64,000 nt of DNA from Neoechinorhynchus agilis (GCA_051530055.1 CM121342.1:2018797-2082796); one strand, 5' to 3'; counted from the stretch's first letter, positions 1 to 12,632 are shown. Notes: generated by a model not told the origin, from the sequence alone. Translations and numbers: made by a program.

Positions 1-3000
1 GGAATCAATGAATTCTTTTAATTTTTCACCGGCATATAAAAAACATGAATAGTTCAATCTTCACTCCATTCTTGATTTCCCGTTTTTCTAGAATGGAATG
101 TTCATTTTGTGTTTCTAATTTATCTCTGGTGACTTTTAGGCCTAAAGAAGTTCGACGAGACGGACGAAATATTGTGAAAGGGAATCATTGAATTCTTTTA
201 ATTTTTCACCGGCATATAAAAAACATGAATAGTTCGATCTTCACTCCATTCTTGATTTCCCGTTTTTCTAGAATGGAATGTTCATTTTGTGTTTCTAATT
301 TATCTCCGGTGACTTTTAGGCCTATAGAAGTTCGACGAGACGGACGAAATATTGTGAAAGGGAATCATTGAATTCTTTCAATTTTTCACCGACATATAAA
401 AAACATGAATAGTTCAATCTTCACTCCATTCTTGATTTCCCGTTTTTCTAGAATGGAATGTTCATTTTGTGTTTCTAATTTATCTCTGGTGACTTTTAGG
501 CCGAAAGAAGTTCGACGAGACGGACGAAATATTGTGAAAGGGAATCAATGAATTCTTTTAATTTTTCACCGGCATATAAAAAACATGAATAGTTCAATCT
601 TCACTCCATTCTTGATTTCCCGTTTTCTAGAATGGAATGTTCATTTTGTGTTTCTAATTTATCTCTGGTTACTTTTAGGCCTAAAGAATCGACGAGACGG
701 ACGAAATATTGTGAAGAGATCAATGAATTCTTTTAATTTTTCACCGGCATATAAAAAATATGAATAGTTCAATCTTCACTCCATTCTTGATTCCCGTTTT
801 TCTAGAATGGAATGTTCATTTTGTGTTTCTAATTTATCTCTGGTGACTTTTAGGCCTAAAGAAGTTCGACGAGACGGACGAAATATTGTGAAAGGGAATC
901 AATAAACTCTTTTAATTTTTAACCGGCATATAAAAAACATGAATAGTTCAATCTTCACTCCATTCAGGATTTCCGGTTTTTCTAGAATGGAATGTTCATT
1001 TTGTGTTTCTAATTTATCTCCGGTGACTTTTAGGCTTAAAGAAGTTCGACGAGACGGACGAAATATTGTGAAAGGGAATCAATAAATTCTTTTAATTTTT
1101 CACCGGCATATAAAAAACATGAATAGTTCAATCTTCCCACTTCCATTCAGGATTTCCCGTTTTTCTAGAATGGAATGTTCATTTTGTGTTTCTAATTTAT
1201 CTCTGGTGACTTTTAGGCCAAAAGAAGTTCGACGAGACGGACGAAATATTGTGAAAGGGAATCAATGAATTCTTTTAATTTTTCACCGGCATATAAAAAA
1301 CATGAATAGTTCAATCTTCACTCCATTCTTGATTTCCCGTTTTTCTAGAATGGAATGTTCATTTTGTGTTTCTAATCTATCTCCGGTGACTTTTAGGCCT
1401 AAAGAAGTTCGACGAGACGGACGAAATATTGTGAAAGGGAATCAATTAATTCTTTTAATTTTTCACCGGCATATAAAAAATATGAATAGTTCAATCTTCA
1501 CTCCATTCTTGATTTCCCGTTTTTCTACAATGGAATGTTCATTTTGTGTTTCTAATTTATCTCCGGTGACTTTTAGGCCTAAAGAAGTTCGACGAGACGG
1601 ACGAAATATTGTGAAAGGGAATCAATTAATTCTTTTTATTTTTCACCGGCATATAAAAAACATGAATAGTTCGATCTTCACTCCATTCTTGATTTCCCGT
1701 TTTTCTAGAATGGAATGTTCATTTTGTGTTTCTAATTTATCTCTGGTGACTTTTAGGCCTAAAGAAGTTCGACGAGACGGACGAAATATTGTGAATGGGA
1801 ATCATTGAATTCTTTTAATTTTTCACCGTCATATAAAAAATATGAATAGTTCGATCTTCACTCCATTCTTGATTTCCCGTTTTTCTAGGATGGAATGTTC
1901 ATTTTGTGTTTCTAATTTATCTCTGGTGACTTTTAGGCCTAAAGAAGGTCGACGAGACGGACGAAATATTGTGAAAGGGAATCAATGAATTCTTTTAGTT
2001 TTTCACCGGCATATAAAAAATATGAATAGTTCAATCTTCACTCCATTCTTGATTTCCCGTTTTTCTAGAATGGAATGTTCATTTTGTGTTTCTAATTTAT
2101 CTCTGGTGACTTTTCGGCCTAAAGAAGTTCGACGAGACGGACGAAATATTGTGAAAGGGAATCAATGAATTCTTTTAATTTTTCACCGGCATATAAAAAA
2201 TATGAATAGTTCAATCTTCACTCCATTCTTGATCTCCCGTTTTTCTAGAATGGAATGTTCATTTTGTGTTTCTAATTTATCTCTGGTGACTTTTAGGCCT
2301 AAAGAAGTTCGACGAGACGGACGAAATATTGTGAAAGGGAATCAATGAATTCTTTTAATTATTCACCGGCATATAAAAAACATGAATGATTCAAATACTT
2401 CACTCGTTCTTGAATTTGTTTTCTAGATGGGTCATTTGTTTGTGTTTTCCAATTTCTCTGGTGACTTTGAGCTAAAGGTTCATTTTTGAGACGGACGAAA
2501 TATTGTGAAAGGGAATCAATGAATTCTTTTAATTTTTCACCGGCATATAAAAAACATGAATAGTTCAATCTTCACTCCATTCTTGATTTCCCGTTTTTCT
2601 AGAATGGAATGTTCATTTTGTGTTTCTAATTTATCTCTGGTGACTTTTAGGCCAAAAGAAGTTCGACGAGACGGACGAAATATTGTGAAAGGGAATCAAT
2701 GAATTCTTTTAATTTTTCACCGGCATATAAAAAACATGAATAGTTCAATCTTCACTCCATTCTTGATTTCCCGTTTTTCTAGAATGGAATGTTCATTTTG
2801 TGTTTCTAATTTATCTCCGGTGACTTTTAGGCCTAAAGAAGTTCGACGAGACGGACGAAATATTGTGAAAGGGAATCAAAAATTCTTTTAATTTTTCACC
2901 GGCATATAAAAAACATGAATAGTTCAATCTTCACTCCATTCTTGATTTCCCGTTTTTCTAGAATGGAATGTTCATTTTGTGTTTCTAATTTATCTCTGGT

Positions 3001-5085
3001 GACTTTTAGGCCTAAAGAAGTTCGACGAGACGGACGAAATATTGTGAAAGGGAATCAATAAATTCTTTTAATTTTTCACCGGCATATAAAAAACATGAAT
3101 AGTTCAATCTTCACTCCATTCTTGATTTCCCGTTTTTCTAGAATGGAATGTTCATTTTGTGTTTCTAATTTATCTCTGGTGACTTTTAGCCCAAAGAAGT
3201 TCGACGAGACGGACGAAATATTGTGAAAGGGAATCAATGAATTCTTTTAATTTTTCACCGGCATATAAAAAATATGAATAGTTCAATCTTCACTCCATTC
3301 TTGATTTCCCGTTTTTCTAGAATGGAATGTTCATTTTGTGTTTCTAATTTATCTCCGGTGACTTTTAGGCCTAAAGAAGTTCGACGAGACGGACGAAATA
3401 TTGTGAAAGGGAATCAATGAATTCTTTTAATTTTTCACCGGCATATAAAAAATATGAATAGTTCAATCTTCACTCCATTCTTGATTTCCCGTTTTTCTAG
3501 AATGGAATGTTCATTTTGTGTTTCTAATTTATCTCTGGTGACTTTTAGGCCTAAAGAAGTTCGACGAGACGGACGAAATATTGTGAAAGGGAATCAATGA
3601 ATTCTTTTAATTTTTCACCGGCATATAAAAAACATGAATAGTTCGAATCTTCACTCCATTCTTGATTTCCCGTTTTTCTAGAATGGAATGTTCATTTTGT
3701 GTTTCTAATTTATCTCTGGTGACTTTTAGGCCTAAAGAAGTTCGACGAGACGGACGAAATATTGTGAAAGGGAATCAATGAATTCTTTTAATTTTTCACC
3801 GGCATATAAAAAATATGAATAGTTCAATCTTCACTCCATTCTTGATTTCCCGTTTTTCTAGAATGGAATGTTCATTTTGTGTTTCTAATTTATCTCTGGT
3901 GACTTTTAGGCCTAAAGAAGTTCGACGAGACGGACGAAATATTGTGAAAGGGAATCAATGAATTCTTTTAATTTTTCACCGGCATATAAAAAACATGAAT
4001 AGTTCAATCTTCACTCCATTCTGATTTCCCGTTTTTCTAGAATGGAATGTTCATTTTGTGTTTCTAATTTATCTCTGGTGACTTTTAGGCCTAAAGAAGT
4101 TCGACGAGACGGACGAAATATTGTGAAAGGAATCAATGAATTCTTTTAATTTTTCACCGGCATATAAAAAATATGAATAGTTCAATCTTCACTCCATTCT
4201 TGATTTCCCGTTTTTCTAGAATGGAATGTTCATTTTGTGTTTCTAATTTATCTCTGGTGACTTTTAGGCCTAAAGAAGTTCGACGAGACGGACGAAATAT
4301 TGTGAAAGGGAATCAATGAATTCTTTTAATTTTTCACCGGCATATAAAAAATATGAATAGTTCAATCTTCACTCCATTCTTGATTTCCCGTTTTTCTAGA
4401 ATGGAATGTTCATTTTGTGTTTCTAATTTATCTCTGGTGACTTTTAGGCCTAAAGAAGTTCGACGAGACGGACGAAATATTGTGAAAGGGAATCAATAGT
4501 TCGATCTTTCACAATTCTTTTAATTTTTCACCGGCATATAAAAAATATGAATAGTTCGATCTTCACTCCATTCTTGATTTCCCGTTTTTCTAGAATGGAA
4601 TGTTCATTTTGTGTTTCTAATTTATCTCTGGTGACTTTTAGGCCTAAAGAAGTTCGACGAGACGGACGAAATATTGTGAAAGGGAATCAATGAATTCTTT
4701 TAATTTTTCACCGGCATATAAAAAATATGAATAGTTCAATCTTCACTCCATTCTTGATTTCCCGTTTTTCTAGAATGGAATGTTCATTTTGTGTTTCTAA
4801 TTTATCTCTGGTGACTTTTAGGCCTAAAGAAGTTCGACGAGACGGACGAAATATTGTGAAAGGGAATCAATAAATTCTTTTAATTTTTCACCGGCATATA
4901 AAAAACATGAATAGTTCAATCTTCACTCCATTCTTGATTTCCCGTTTTTCTAGAATGGAATGTTCATTTTGTGTTTCTAATTTATCTCTGGTGACTTTTA
5001 GGCCTAAAGAAGTTCGACGAGACGGACGAAATATTGTGAAAGGGAATCAATGAATTCTTTTAATTTTTCACCGGCATATAAAATA
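1..5085 (+). repeat. 180-bp tandem satellite array (about 28 copies, runs off the left edge); each monomer contains a hammerhead-like motif
   Basis: The same sequence recurs at 1, 181, 361, 541 and again at 2881/3061 and 3241/3421/3601. Copies are nearly identical apart from scattered SNPs and homopolymer indels. The array ends abruptly near 5085. The unit contains EcoRI, XbaI and StuI sites. Confidence 0.98.
134..180 (+). ncRNA. Minimal type I hammerhead-like motif in the satellite monomer (first copy shown), core CUAAAGA (G5->A)
   Basis: CTAAAGA-A-GTTCG acgaga CGGAC-GAA-ATAT-T-GTGAAAGG: 5-bp stem II, GAA, palindromic ATAT in place of stem III, and an imperfect stem I (cttttaggc/gtgaaagg). 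It differs from the CUGANGA core at one position. Confidence 0.7.
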
Positions 5086-5602
5086 ATCTATATTTCTAAT
5101 CACCAAACAAAAATACATAAGGAAGGCGTAAGACGTCCCTAGATGGACAGTAGGTAAATAAGGGTTGTGAGAGAGGTAAATAACAAACGGTCTATTTAAT
5201 TATAAATTTTCCGATTGACGAATGTGGTTGCTTCTCTTATTTAACATCATTTGTCAAGTTTTCATGAAACGCGTATCTACGTTTATTTCCTTCATTTTCA
5301 TTAATTGTAGGTAAGATTTTTGATAGAAAATTTAAAAGTTCGGACGTGGATATATTTAAAAAATAACAATTGAACTGTGGAGACGTAGACGAGAAAGAGA
5401 CTGCGAAAAGGATTTTTTGTCTAGAACACGGGGTTAAATCAGTGTACTTTTGTTCTCTTATGGGAATCTAGATAAAAAGAAACTTTGAAGTTTGCCACAT
5501 AATTCATCCAATCCAAAAAGAATTTTGCACGATAGTATGAGCGGTAACCCATAATCGCGCGAATTCGTATTTATTTTTGGTATGGAGACTATATTGCACG
5601 TA

Positions 5603-7726
5603 TCAGAAATCAACCAAACCTCCAAGTGGGAAGTCGTAAGTCTGTTTATAGTGATCCGGGATGTGGAATATTTCATCGTCAATTTCTGGATTAATCGTAA
5701 TTTCTTGAAATGTAACAATGGCTCGTAAGACCGTGATAAGTGGAATCTCTAAAAACATAATGGAAAATAATTGAATATTAATTAAATCTTACCGATTCTC
5801 ATTGGAAAGCCGTATTCCTCAATCAACCCAATAAAGTATTTGAGTCGCTTAAAGTGCTTTAGTGATACAAACGGTTCTATGATATTTATAAAGTCTTTCA
5901 CCGAGAAGTCCGATTCCTCTGCCTAAATAGAAGAATTTGTTATTTTATTTAAACTAATCAAAACTTACTGCTGCGAATTCAAGGGACATGGGTGTCTCTA
6001 CAATTCTCCGTTTTAGCTGTCGTCCTATGGTTGAAAAATAATCTTCGGATTCTAAATACTGGGTAAATGTAGCGCCAGTCTCCGTGTGTGGAGGACAATC
6101 CGGAATGTTGACCGGATATTGTGGTTGACTTTCAAATATGTCTCCATTCCCAGAGGCTATCTCCTTTTCGATATATTTGATTTGATTCTCTCGATTTTCC
6201 AATATATCCGAGGATAAATGTTCTTGTCTATTTCAATATAAATTAAGGGTATATTACACCAAGAACAGTTTAAGATTTACCTTATTATGGAAATAAAACG
6301 CGCATTTTCTATTCAAAGGTTCTCATTTTAAAGTGATTTCATATATTAAATTCTGAAGTTTTTGGCGGATTTGGCTGAATCGACAAATATTGGTCAAATG
6401 TGTTCAGGAATTAAAGGGATCTAAAAAGTCTGCAAAAATTCGTCAAAAATTTATGGAAAAAATAATACATTGATTCGTTTTTGTAATTTGCCTAGAATAT
6501 TCCAAAAAGTGTGATAAAATACTGCCAGATGCAAATCGAAAACTAACCAATGAGCATCATGATAAATTTTCTACATTTCTAATTGGCTAATTTTACAAAG
6601 CGAATTTCATTCTTTTTGGTTATACTTTTTTGGATTTTTATTTTCGTCGCGACGGTTAAAAACTAGAGAACCTGTGATATAATGATTTACATTGGCATGT
6701 TTTTCCACCTATGGTCAGAATTTTGGGATGTTTAGTAAAGAAGCCAGTCATGACATCATGAATCTCGGCATCATCCATGACAAATCGAAGTGTCATTAGA
6801 TCATTGCTCATTAGACCATCGATCTCATTATTATTGAATTCTTCGCTTATTTTCTAAAGAAATCAAACTGCGTATTCGTTTTCTATTCTTCAATAACCTT
6901 ATTTTTGTCGTCATCAGAGACAACATAAATCTGTTTTTTATGATCGACAAAAATTGGTTGAATGTCACCAGGTTTCTCTGTATCAACGATGATCGAAATA
7001 TCGCTTGGTTTCTTTAGGAAGTATGTTGTAAATGAATCAAGACACGGAATGGTCGTATCGACCCTGTAAATGTAGAAATTTATGATTTACGCACAAATCT
7101 GAAAACGAAAAACCTTATTTTCGCTCCTTTTTTACGAATGAGGCACACATCAGAAGGAAGAAAATTGGATAACAGCGGAATCCACGTTTTAAATTCCCAA
7201 TTGAGTTTTATTTGAATATCCGGTGTCGTAATGAATGCATTTTTTACCTTATCTCGAATATCCGCATTTTTCTGTATCATTTGGTTGAACATCTCTTCGA
7301 AGATTAGTTTTACTTTTTGAATTAAAGTAAGACGATAGAGTGGTTTACAAGATATCTAACATACTGTTTTCGCGTTTCCCATAAGAAATTGCTTCCTCCA
7401 ACGCGTGACATTTGAGGTTATTGTTAGTTCGCACCTTTGCACCATGCTTCAGCAACCATTTTACGGCTCCTTTTAAGCGCTTTTAATTAAAGATTAAATC
7501 ACAAGAAAATCTTACCTGTCCGACCGAGAATCGCGGCTAAATGGAGTGCTGTGTTACCGTGATTGTCTTTCAAATTAATAATTTCCACAATTTGCTCGTC
7601 GCTAAGATCTAGCTCACTTTCAGGGTGAAGAGTGTCATTAAACACCATCCAGTGCAATGGATACTTTTCGTGTGGTGTCTGACTATATAATAAATAAAAA
7701 TTCTGATCGGGAATCATGGCGAGCAT
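5603..7726 (-). CDS. ANKRD13: ANKRD13-family protein (ankyrin repeats + GPCR-chaperone domain), multi-exon, ANKRD13C-like
   Basis: The exons read YPLHWMVFND..KDNHGNTALHLAAILG / KWLLKHGAKVRTNNNLKCHALEEAISYG / LNWEFKTWIPLLSNFLPSDVCLIRKKG / TFTQYLESE..IGRQL / KHFKRLKYFI..GFPMRI / EIPLITVLRAIVTFQE..IFHIPDHYK..DF*. These match the ANKRD13 motif series in order. Introns are short GT-AG. Internal exon borders were not all resolved. Confidence 0.88.
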
Positions 7727-9654
7727 AGTTACCTCATGTGTACAAAAAGGTCAATTAACGATAGAAAATATGCGAAGTCTGAAAAATATGAGGTTCTAAC
7801 TCATGTATTTTCGACCATCCAAGACGTAGCTATTAAGTTTCGCTAAGATTTTAGAAATTTCAATCACCAAATGTACTTGTGATAGGATTTTAGTTTTTCA
7901 ATGCCACTCATCTTAAATCCTCATCGAAAAATTTATCCTTTTTGTATAAAATACAGAGCCAATAAATGCGAAATTGATATTTTTCATGTAACGCTTTCAT
8001 TTTTGAATATCGAGTTTCGTCAACACTGAGCATTTTGACTTATCACAATAATAAACATCAAAAATTTACCAATTTTATACAAAGTAACCAACTAATTAAA
8101 TCGAAATTGAGGTAAGCAATCTTTTTAAAGGACGCTTTAATTTTTCAATTTTTTTGAGGGCGTTCTACTACTTGCTTGCAACACTTTTTCTTGAACTCAG
8201 CATTACGATCTTAAAACCTACTTAAAAGGTTAATAAAAATGGCTTCCCCTTGATTCGTAAAGGCTTAAATTAATCGGACGTAATATTGGATCTCTTCTTT
8301 ATCATCCTAGCTAACCGAAATAGATTTTCCGCTGTTTTCCTATCACCCAATTGAGTTAAAAAAATTAGTGTTAGCGCAACCACCGCAAAATTAAAAGCGA
8401 AATTTTCACGAAAAGTTGCGGTACAGAGAATACCTGAACTTTTAAAGTTTGATATATTCCGAAAAATCGTAGTTTCTAAAATCAAATGACTCGTCCTGAT
8501 AGCAAAGTATCACGTCGTCGATAGTTCGATTTAACACAATCCCACATTCTCAGTAGATGGCAGTTTTTTAGAACTTTACAGCGTTGGAAGTGTGCTCGCT
8601 TTAACAAAGAGATAAAATCGAGATTTTAACAGATAGATGATTTTGTTCAAAAAACTTAATTGTGGACGGATCGCTAATTTCTTCAGATCGCCGTGTCTTT
8701 TCTTTTCGAGAGAAGTTTAGCCTGAATTTTAAAGACAACTGGAAAGTGCTTGCATTATAAAAGCTATCATTGCCGTTCTAAAGAACTTCTTTGAGGCAAT
8801 TAAAAAACGAAAATCATACCTTTGCTATATACTAAAAAATTTTTTTTTGTTGCCTAGCTCTATTATCAAATATTATCGAAAAATAAAATTTCATTTCCTT
8901 CTTTCTTGAGTACCGTTCATACAGTATTTGAGATTTTTTAAACCAAATTGATCGAATGTAAGTTAAAAATCGAAGGCCATTTTACTCCATTTGGTGTTCC
9001 TCTTTGTAACGTCAATTTTGAACTACAAGTGAAGTTGCGTGGTGTTTTAGGCAGTAACAATCAAAAGGTGGATTGCTTGCCTACAAAAAGTATTTTTCAA
9101 GCGTGATGAATAAAACATTTTTGAGGTTCAGTGGGTACCGTTTAAGAATGTCTTTGTCAGCGTTGTTGCAAAGCGAATGACATAGAACGAATGCGCAGTC
9201 TCAGATGACATCCTAACGCACAATTGTGTTTGAAGGAACGACCAAAAAGGCTCAGAAAGCCCATTCAGACAAACGAAGATTGTGGAGAACGTGATGGATC
9301 GCAGTTTCTTCGTATTCGTTCCAGTCGATCATGCTAATTTGAAGAGTTTCACCTGCTTGCGACGTACATTTTAATACTAAAAGGACATAAGACGAAACCT
9401 TCTTCAGTATGAACTTTACCTAAAGAAATTAGGAGAATGGATTCATTTATTATTCCTTTTTAATCATGTACAACAAAAAAGATTTGTCAGTTCACGATTT
9501 TAGCTCATTTCGAAGTTGCGCGGCGCAATCGAATTCTATGAGTTGAGTTACTAAGAAAAATGTATTTTACATTACCTTAAAATATTTCTATGGGAGGCAA
9601 AATATAAAGCATCAAGTATCTTCGACGAAGTTTGTTGTGTAGATTTTTAAAAAT

Positions 9655-9715
9655 TGATTACTCGCCTGAAAAAGTCCGAAGAGACGGACGAAAAATTGTG
9701 AAAGGGAATTGATAA
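9655..9715 (+). ncRNA. Solo diverged relative of the satellite HHR segment (core CUGAAAA, G8->A)
   Basis: tcgc-CTGAAAA-A-GTCCG aagaga CGGAC-GAA-AAAT-T-gtgaaagggaatt. It shares gagacggacgaaa..ttgtgaaagggaat with the satellite, has a fully Watson-Crick stem II, and a 4-bp stem I (tcgc/gtga). Confidence 0.75.
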
Positions 9716-10564
9716 ATTAATTTCAATATCACAAAAATTAACAAAAAAGTTCTGTGGATAAAAATAAAAGTTCATTTTCCTATTAAAGGCCATTTCCTTT
9801 TACGGCTTAAAAACGTTTTGAGACTGAATGTTGACCATAAACTATTGTGTACCCGCTTGCTTGTAAGATTCATATTGATGACAAAGTTGGGTTTCTAGCA
9901 CTGAATAAAATAAGACGCTCCCAAGTATTAAAAACTGAGTACTTAGAAATAGTAATTTGAAATGAATTTGCTAATAAAAGAATAAAGGTATATTATAAAT
10001 AGTATCACCTTTGAGGATTATTGGTACTCATCTAACCTGCGTATACCGATATTGTTTTTCATAAACTCAGATTAAAAGCAGTTATCTTAAACGTTCAGGA
10101 TATAAAGCGTATGATCCAAGACATTTCTAGGTTCCTTCTAACTATATCTTAACGAAAAAAGCAAAAATTGCTGCTTTCGGCAAAATTCAGATACAAAATT
10201 CGATAAATTCGCTAAACTGTTCTTTAAATATTCATTTTAATATGAACCATCACCTTTCATGAAAAACATGGATTTGCTCATAAAGACCGGGTAGTCGAAC
10301 CTCAATAATCGCGATTGTAGCACAGAATCTACACTGCAAATGATTTCCCTGAAGACTCAAAAATCGCGTCTTTGTTAAGTGGCACTCTAGAATTTGCCTT
10401 TGGTACTTTGCAGCACCAATTTATACAAAAAATACATCGGGTTCGTCAATGGCGCAGCAATAGATAAATCTAATTTGATTAGAAGTGTGTGATTTAGGTC
10501 TTCACCCGGTAAAGAGTTTAATAAAGACGTTCTGCAAACTTTGTCGAGACGTCTTTTAATAACC

Positions 10565-10640
10565 AAAAAAATAATGATGAACCCGACAGAATACGAAACG
10601 TCTTTAATAAACTCCTTACCGAGTGAAGATCTAAATAAAA
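10565..10640 (+). repeat. Degenerate minimal HHR / PLE-pLTR remnant, paralogous to 27190-27270
   Basis: ATAATGA-T-GAAC..ATAC-GAA-ACGT-C-tttaa. It aligns over about 75 nt with the 27.2-kb copy (shared atgatgaacccgac and aacgtctttaataaa). Confidence 0.5.
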
Positions 10641-11460
10641 CGTATAATAAAAAACCCCTCCTTTACCAACATTTCGACCTAATTTGAGTTTTCTCATTTT
10701 ATCCAAAGGTCTGTGGAGCCAACCATAACTCTAATTTTTTTGTAATACAGAATAAAATTCAATGCATTATAAGAACGCAAGCTGTGGGGCACTGTTTCAT
10801 TGTTTATTCGGATGGAGAGCACAGTTCCCGGGTTAAAAATTTATCTGACAATGCGGATGTCAAAATCGATTTAAAAGGAAAAACATTTTTATTTCAAGAA
10901 TCAATTCATATATAATGTCACATATCAACGAAAGCAATCGATTTCAAAAAAATATTGCCCTTAAATTTTTTGCAATGATTGATCCCCAAATAAAACACCA
11001 CACAATTAGTCTTGATTTCGAAAGGCGAACACACGAACCCTTCTAAATGTATTCAAAAAATTCACGCGATTTCGTAAAAATAAATCTGCATTACGGTTCA
11101 ATTGTTAGCGACCTTGAGATTGTCATATAGGCTGTTAATTTATACAAAATATTCACTTAAATAACATTTGTGCAAGATCTATGACGAGATATTTAACTTG
11201 TTCATTCATGGACGATCCGAGAAATCGCAATATAACTTCGCGAGCATCCATTATTTGAAATAAAAGTGGTAAACAGGAAAACAACAAAGATAAATTGTTG
11301 CATAGATTTAGCTTTTAAAAATAATTCTCCTGACCGAATTTTCTCCCCTTTGAGTAAGACGATTAATGTGTTGAGAGAATTATTATCGTTGATACCAATC
11401 TGATTAATTATATTTCTTTTAAAAACACATATAAAACTGTAAAGATATTATTCATTATAG

Positions 11461-11662
11461 TTTTAGTTTCAATCAATTAGCGATCTTTGATTCAGAAAAA
11501 TAGATTTATCTTGAAAATTTTCGGCCTTTTCGTTGGCCTTCTTCAGTTAATTGTTTGCAAGTTAGTTGAAAAAACTTGCATACAATTGACTGAAGAAGGC
11601 CAACGAAAAGGCCGAAGATAAATCTATTTTCTGAATCAAAGATCGCTAATTGAAACTGAAAC
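11461..11662. repeat. About 200-bp palindrome (arms 11461-11562 and 11574-11662, 11-nt spacer) built from two HHR-bearing segments in opposite orientation
   Basis: The arms are near-perfect reverse complements. The left arm (minus strand) reads CTGAAGA-A-GGCC aacgaaaa GGCC-GAA-AATT-T-tcaa. The right arm lacks 9 nt covering stem III. A third copy lies at 28885-28990. Confidence 0.9.
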
Positions 11663-12216
11663 ATAGAAAACTGCAACTTCAACCGATAATAATAAACCAG
11701 TGAAAAAAACACGAGAATAAAATTAAAATTTTAAAAAGCAGGTATCCACTATTAAAAATTCCCAAGCAAAAAAGAAGCAATAGAATAAATCACCATTAAT
11801 TCAATTTAAAGTGCATTTAATTCAAAAAGAATGGTTGCATTCACAAAAAACCGGGCTCTAAAATTTGAAAAAAATAAAATCGTGAATAAACGAGAGTTGC
11901 TATTGAGCATTGCATCAATCGTGGACCCGTTTAAAGATATCCGGTTATTTTCTTTTGGTAGTTTTGCCATCGCTCGGATTTAAGTTCACTAATTCATTTC
12001 ACCTCTCGGATAATTCCGACATCCGAAAATCCGAGTGATTTTATAACTAAGAAAAGGATATTCTCTTTTTCCCCTACGATAATAATCCCAGTCATTTCCG
12101 GTTATTTTTCAATTTCACGAAAAATACTATATTTTTCATTCGAAAGAAATTCTTAGTAATGGAAAAATAAGCAAATTCTCGTATTGGGATCTAAAATTCC
12201 TTTTCACAGTTTCCGA

Positions 12217-12632
12217 ATGGTAAGTTTCCGTATTTTCTAAGACTTGAAAACGCGACATTTCCTTCGTTAAAGCTCCCACTTTCGGTTCTCAAAGCAGCCA
12301 TATCCCTCCCGGCATTAATCGAGCTAAAAAATGGTGAAACCTACAATGGAATCCTATTCAAATGCGATAACCTCATGAACATTCATTTAAAAGAAGTCAT
12401 TTGCACTTCAAGAGTCGGTGATTAGACTTATGACTTTTTAATTTCATTTCTTTAGGATGGAGACAAATTCTTTAGAATTCCGGAGGTATTTATAAGAGGA
12501 TGCAATGTGAAGTATATCCGTATTTCAGATGATGTTCTCAATAAAGTGAAGGATGAAAGTGGGCGATTTGGACGAATGAGAGGAACGAGCCGTGGGAGAT
12601 CTTTTCGAGGAGGACGGGGGCGAGGCTTCTAG
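12217..12632 (+). CDS. LSM4: U6 snRNA-associated Sm-like protein LSm4 (exons 12217-12219, 12273-12413, 12456-12632)
   Basis: The spliced product is [73 protein letters not shown]-rich tail. Introns are 53 and 42 nt, both GT-AG. Confidence 0.96.

Noticed and set aside
1-5085. Satellite as a CRISPR array or as a repeat-protein gene (ORFs 585..767, 1302..1808)
   Set aside because: There are no unique spacers. The ORFs arise only because 180 is divisible by 3, and they are broken by indels in most units.
8200-10500. Possible exons in the moderately GC-rich stretches between ANKRD13 and LSM4
   Set aside because: All frames I translated had stops within about 60 codons and no recognisable motifs.
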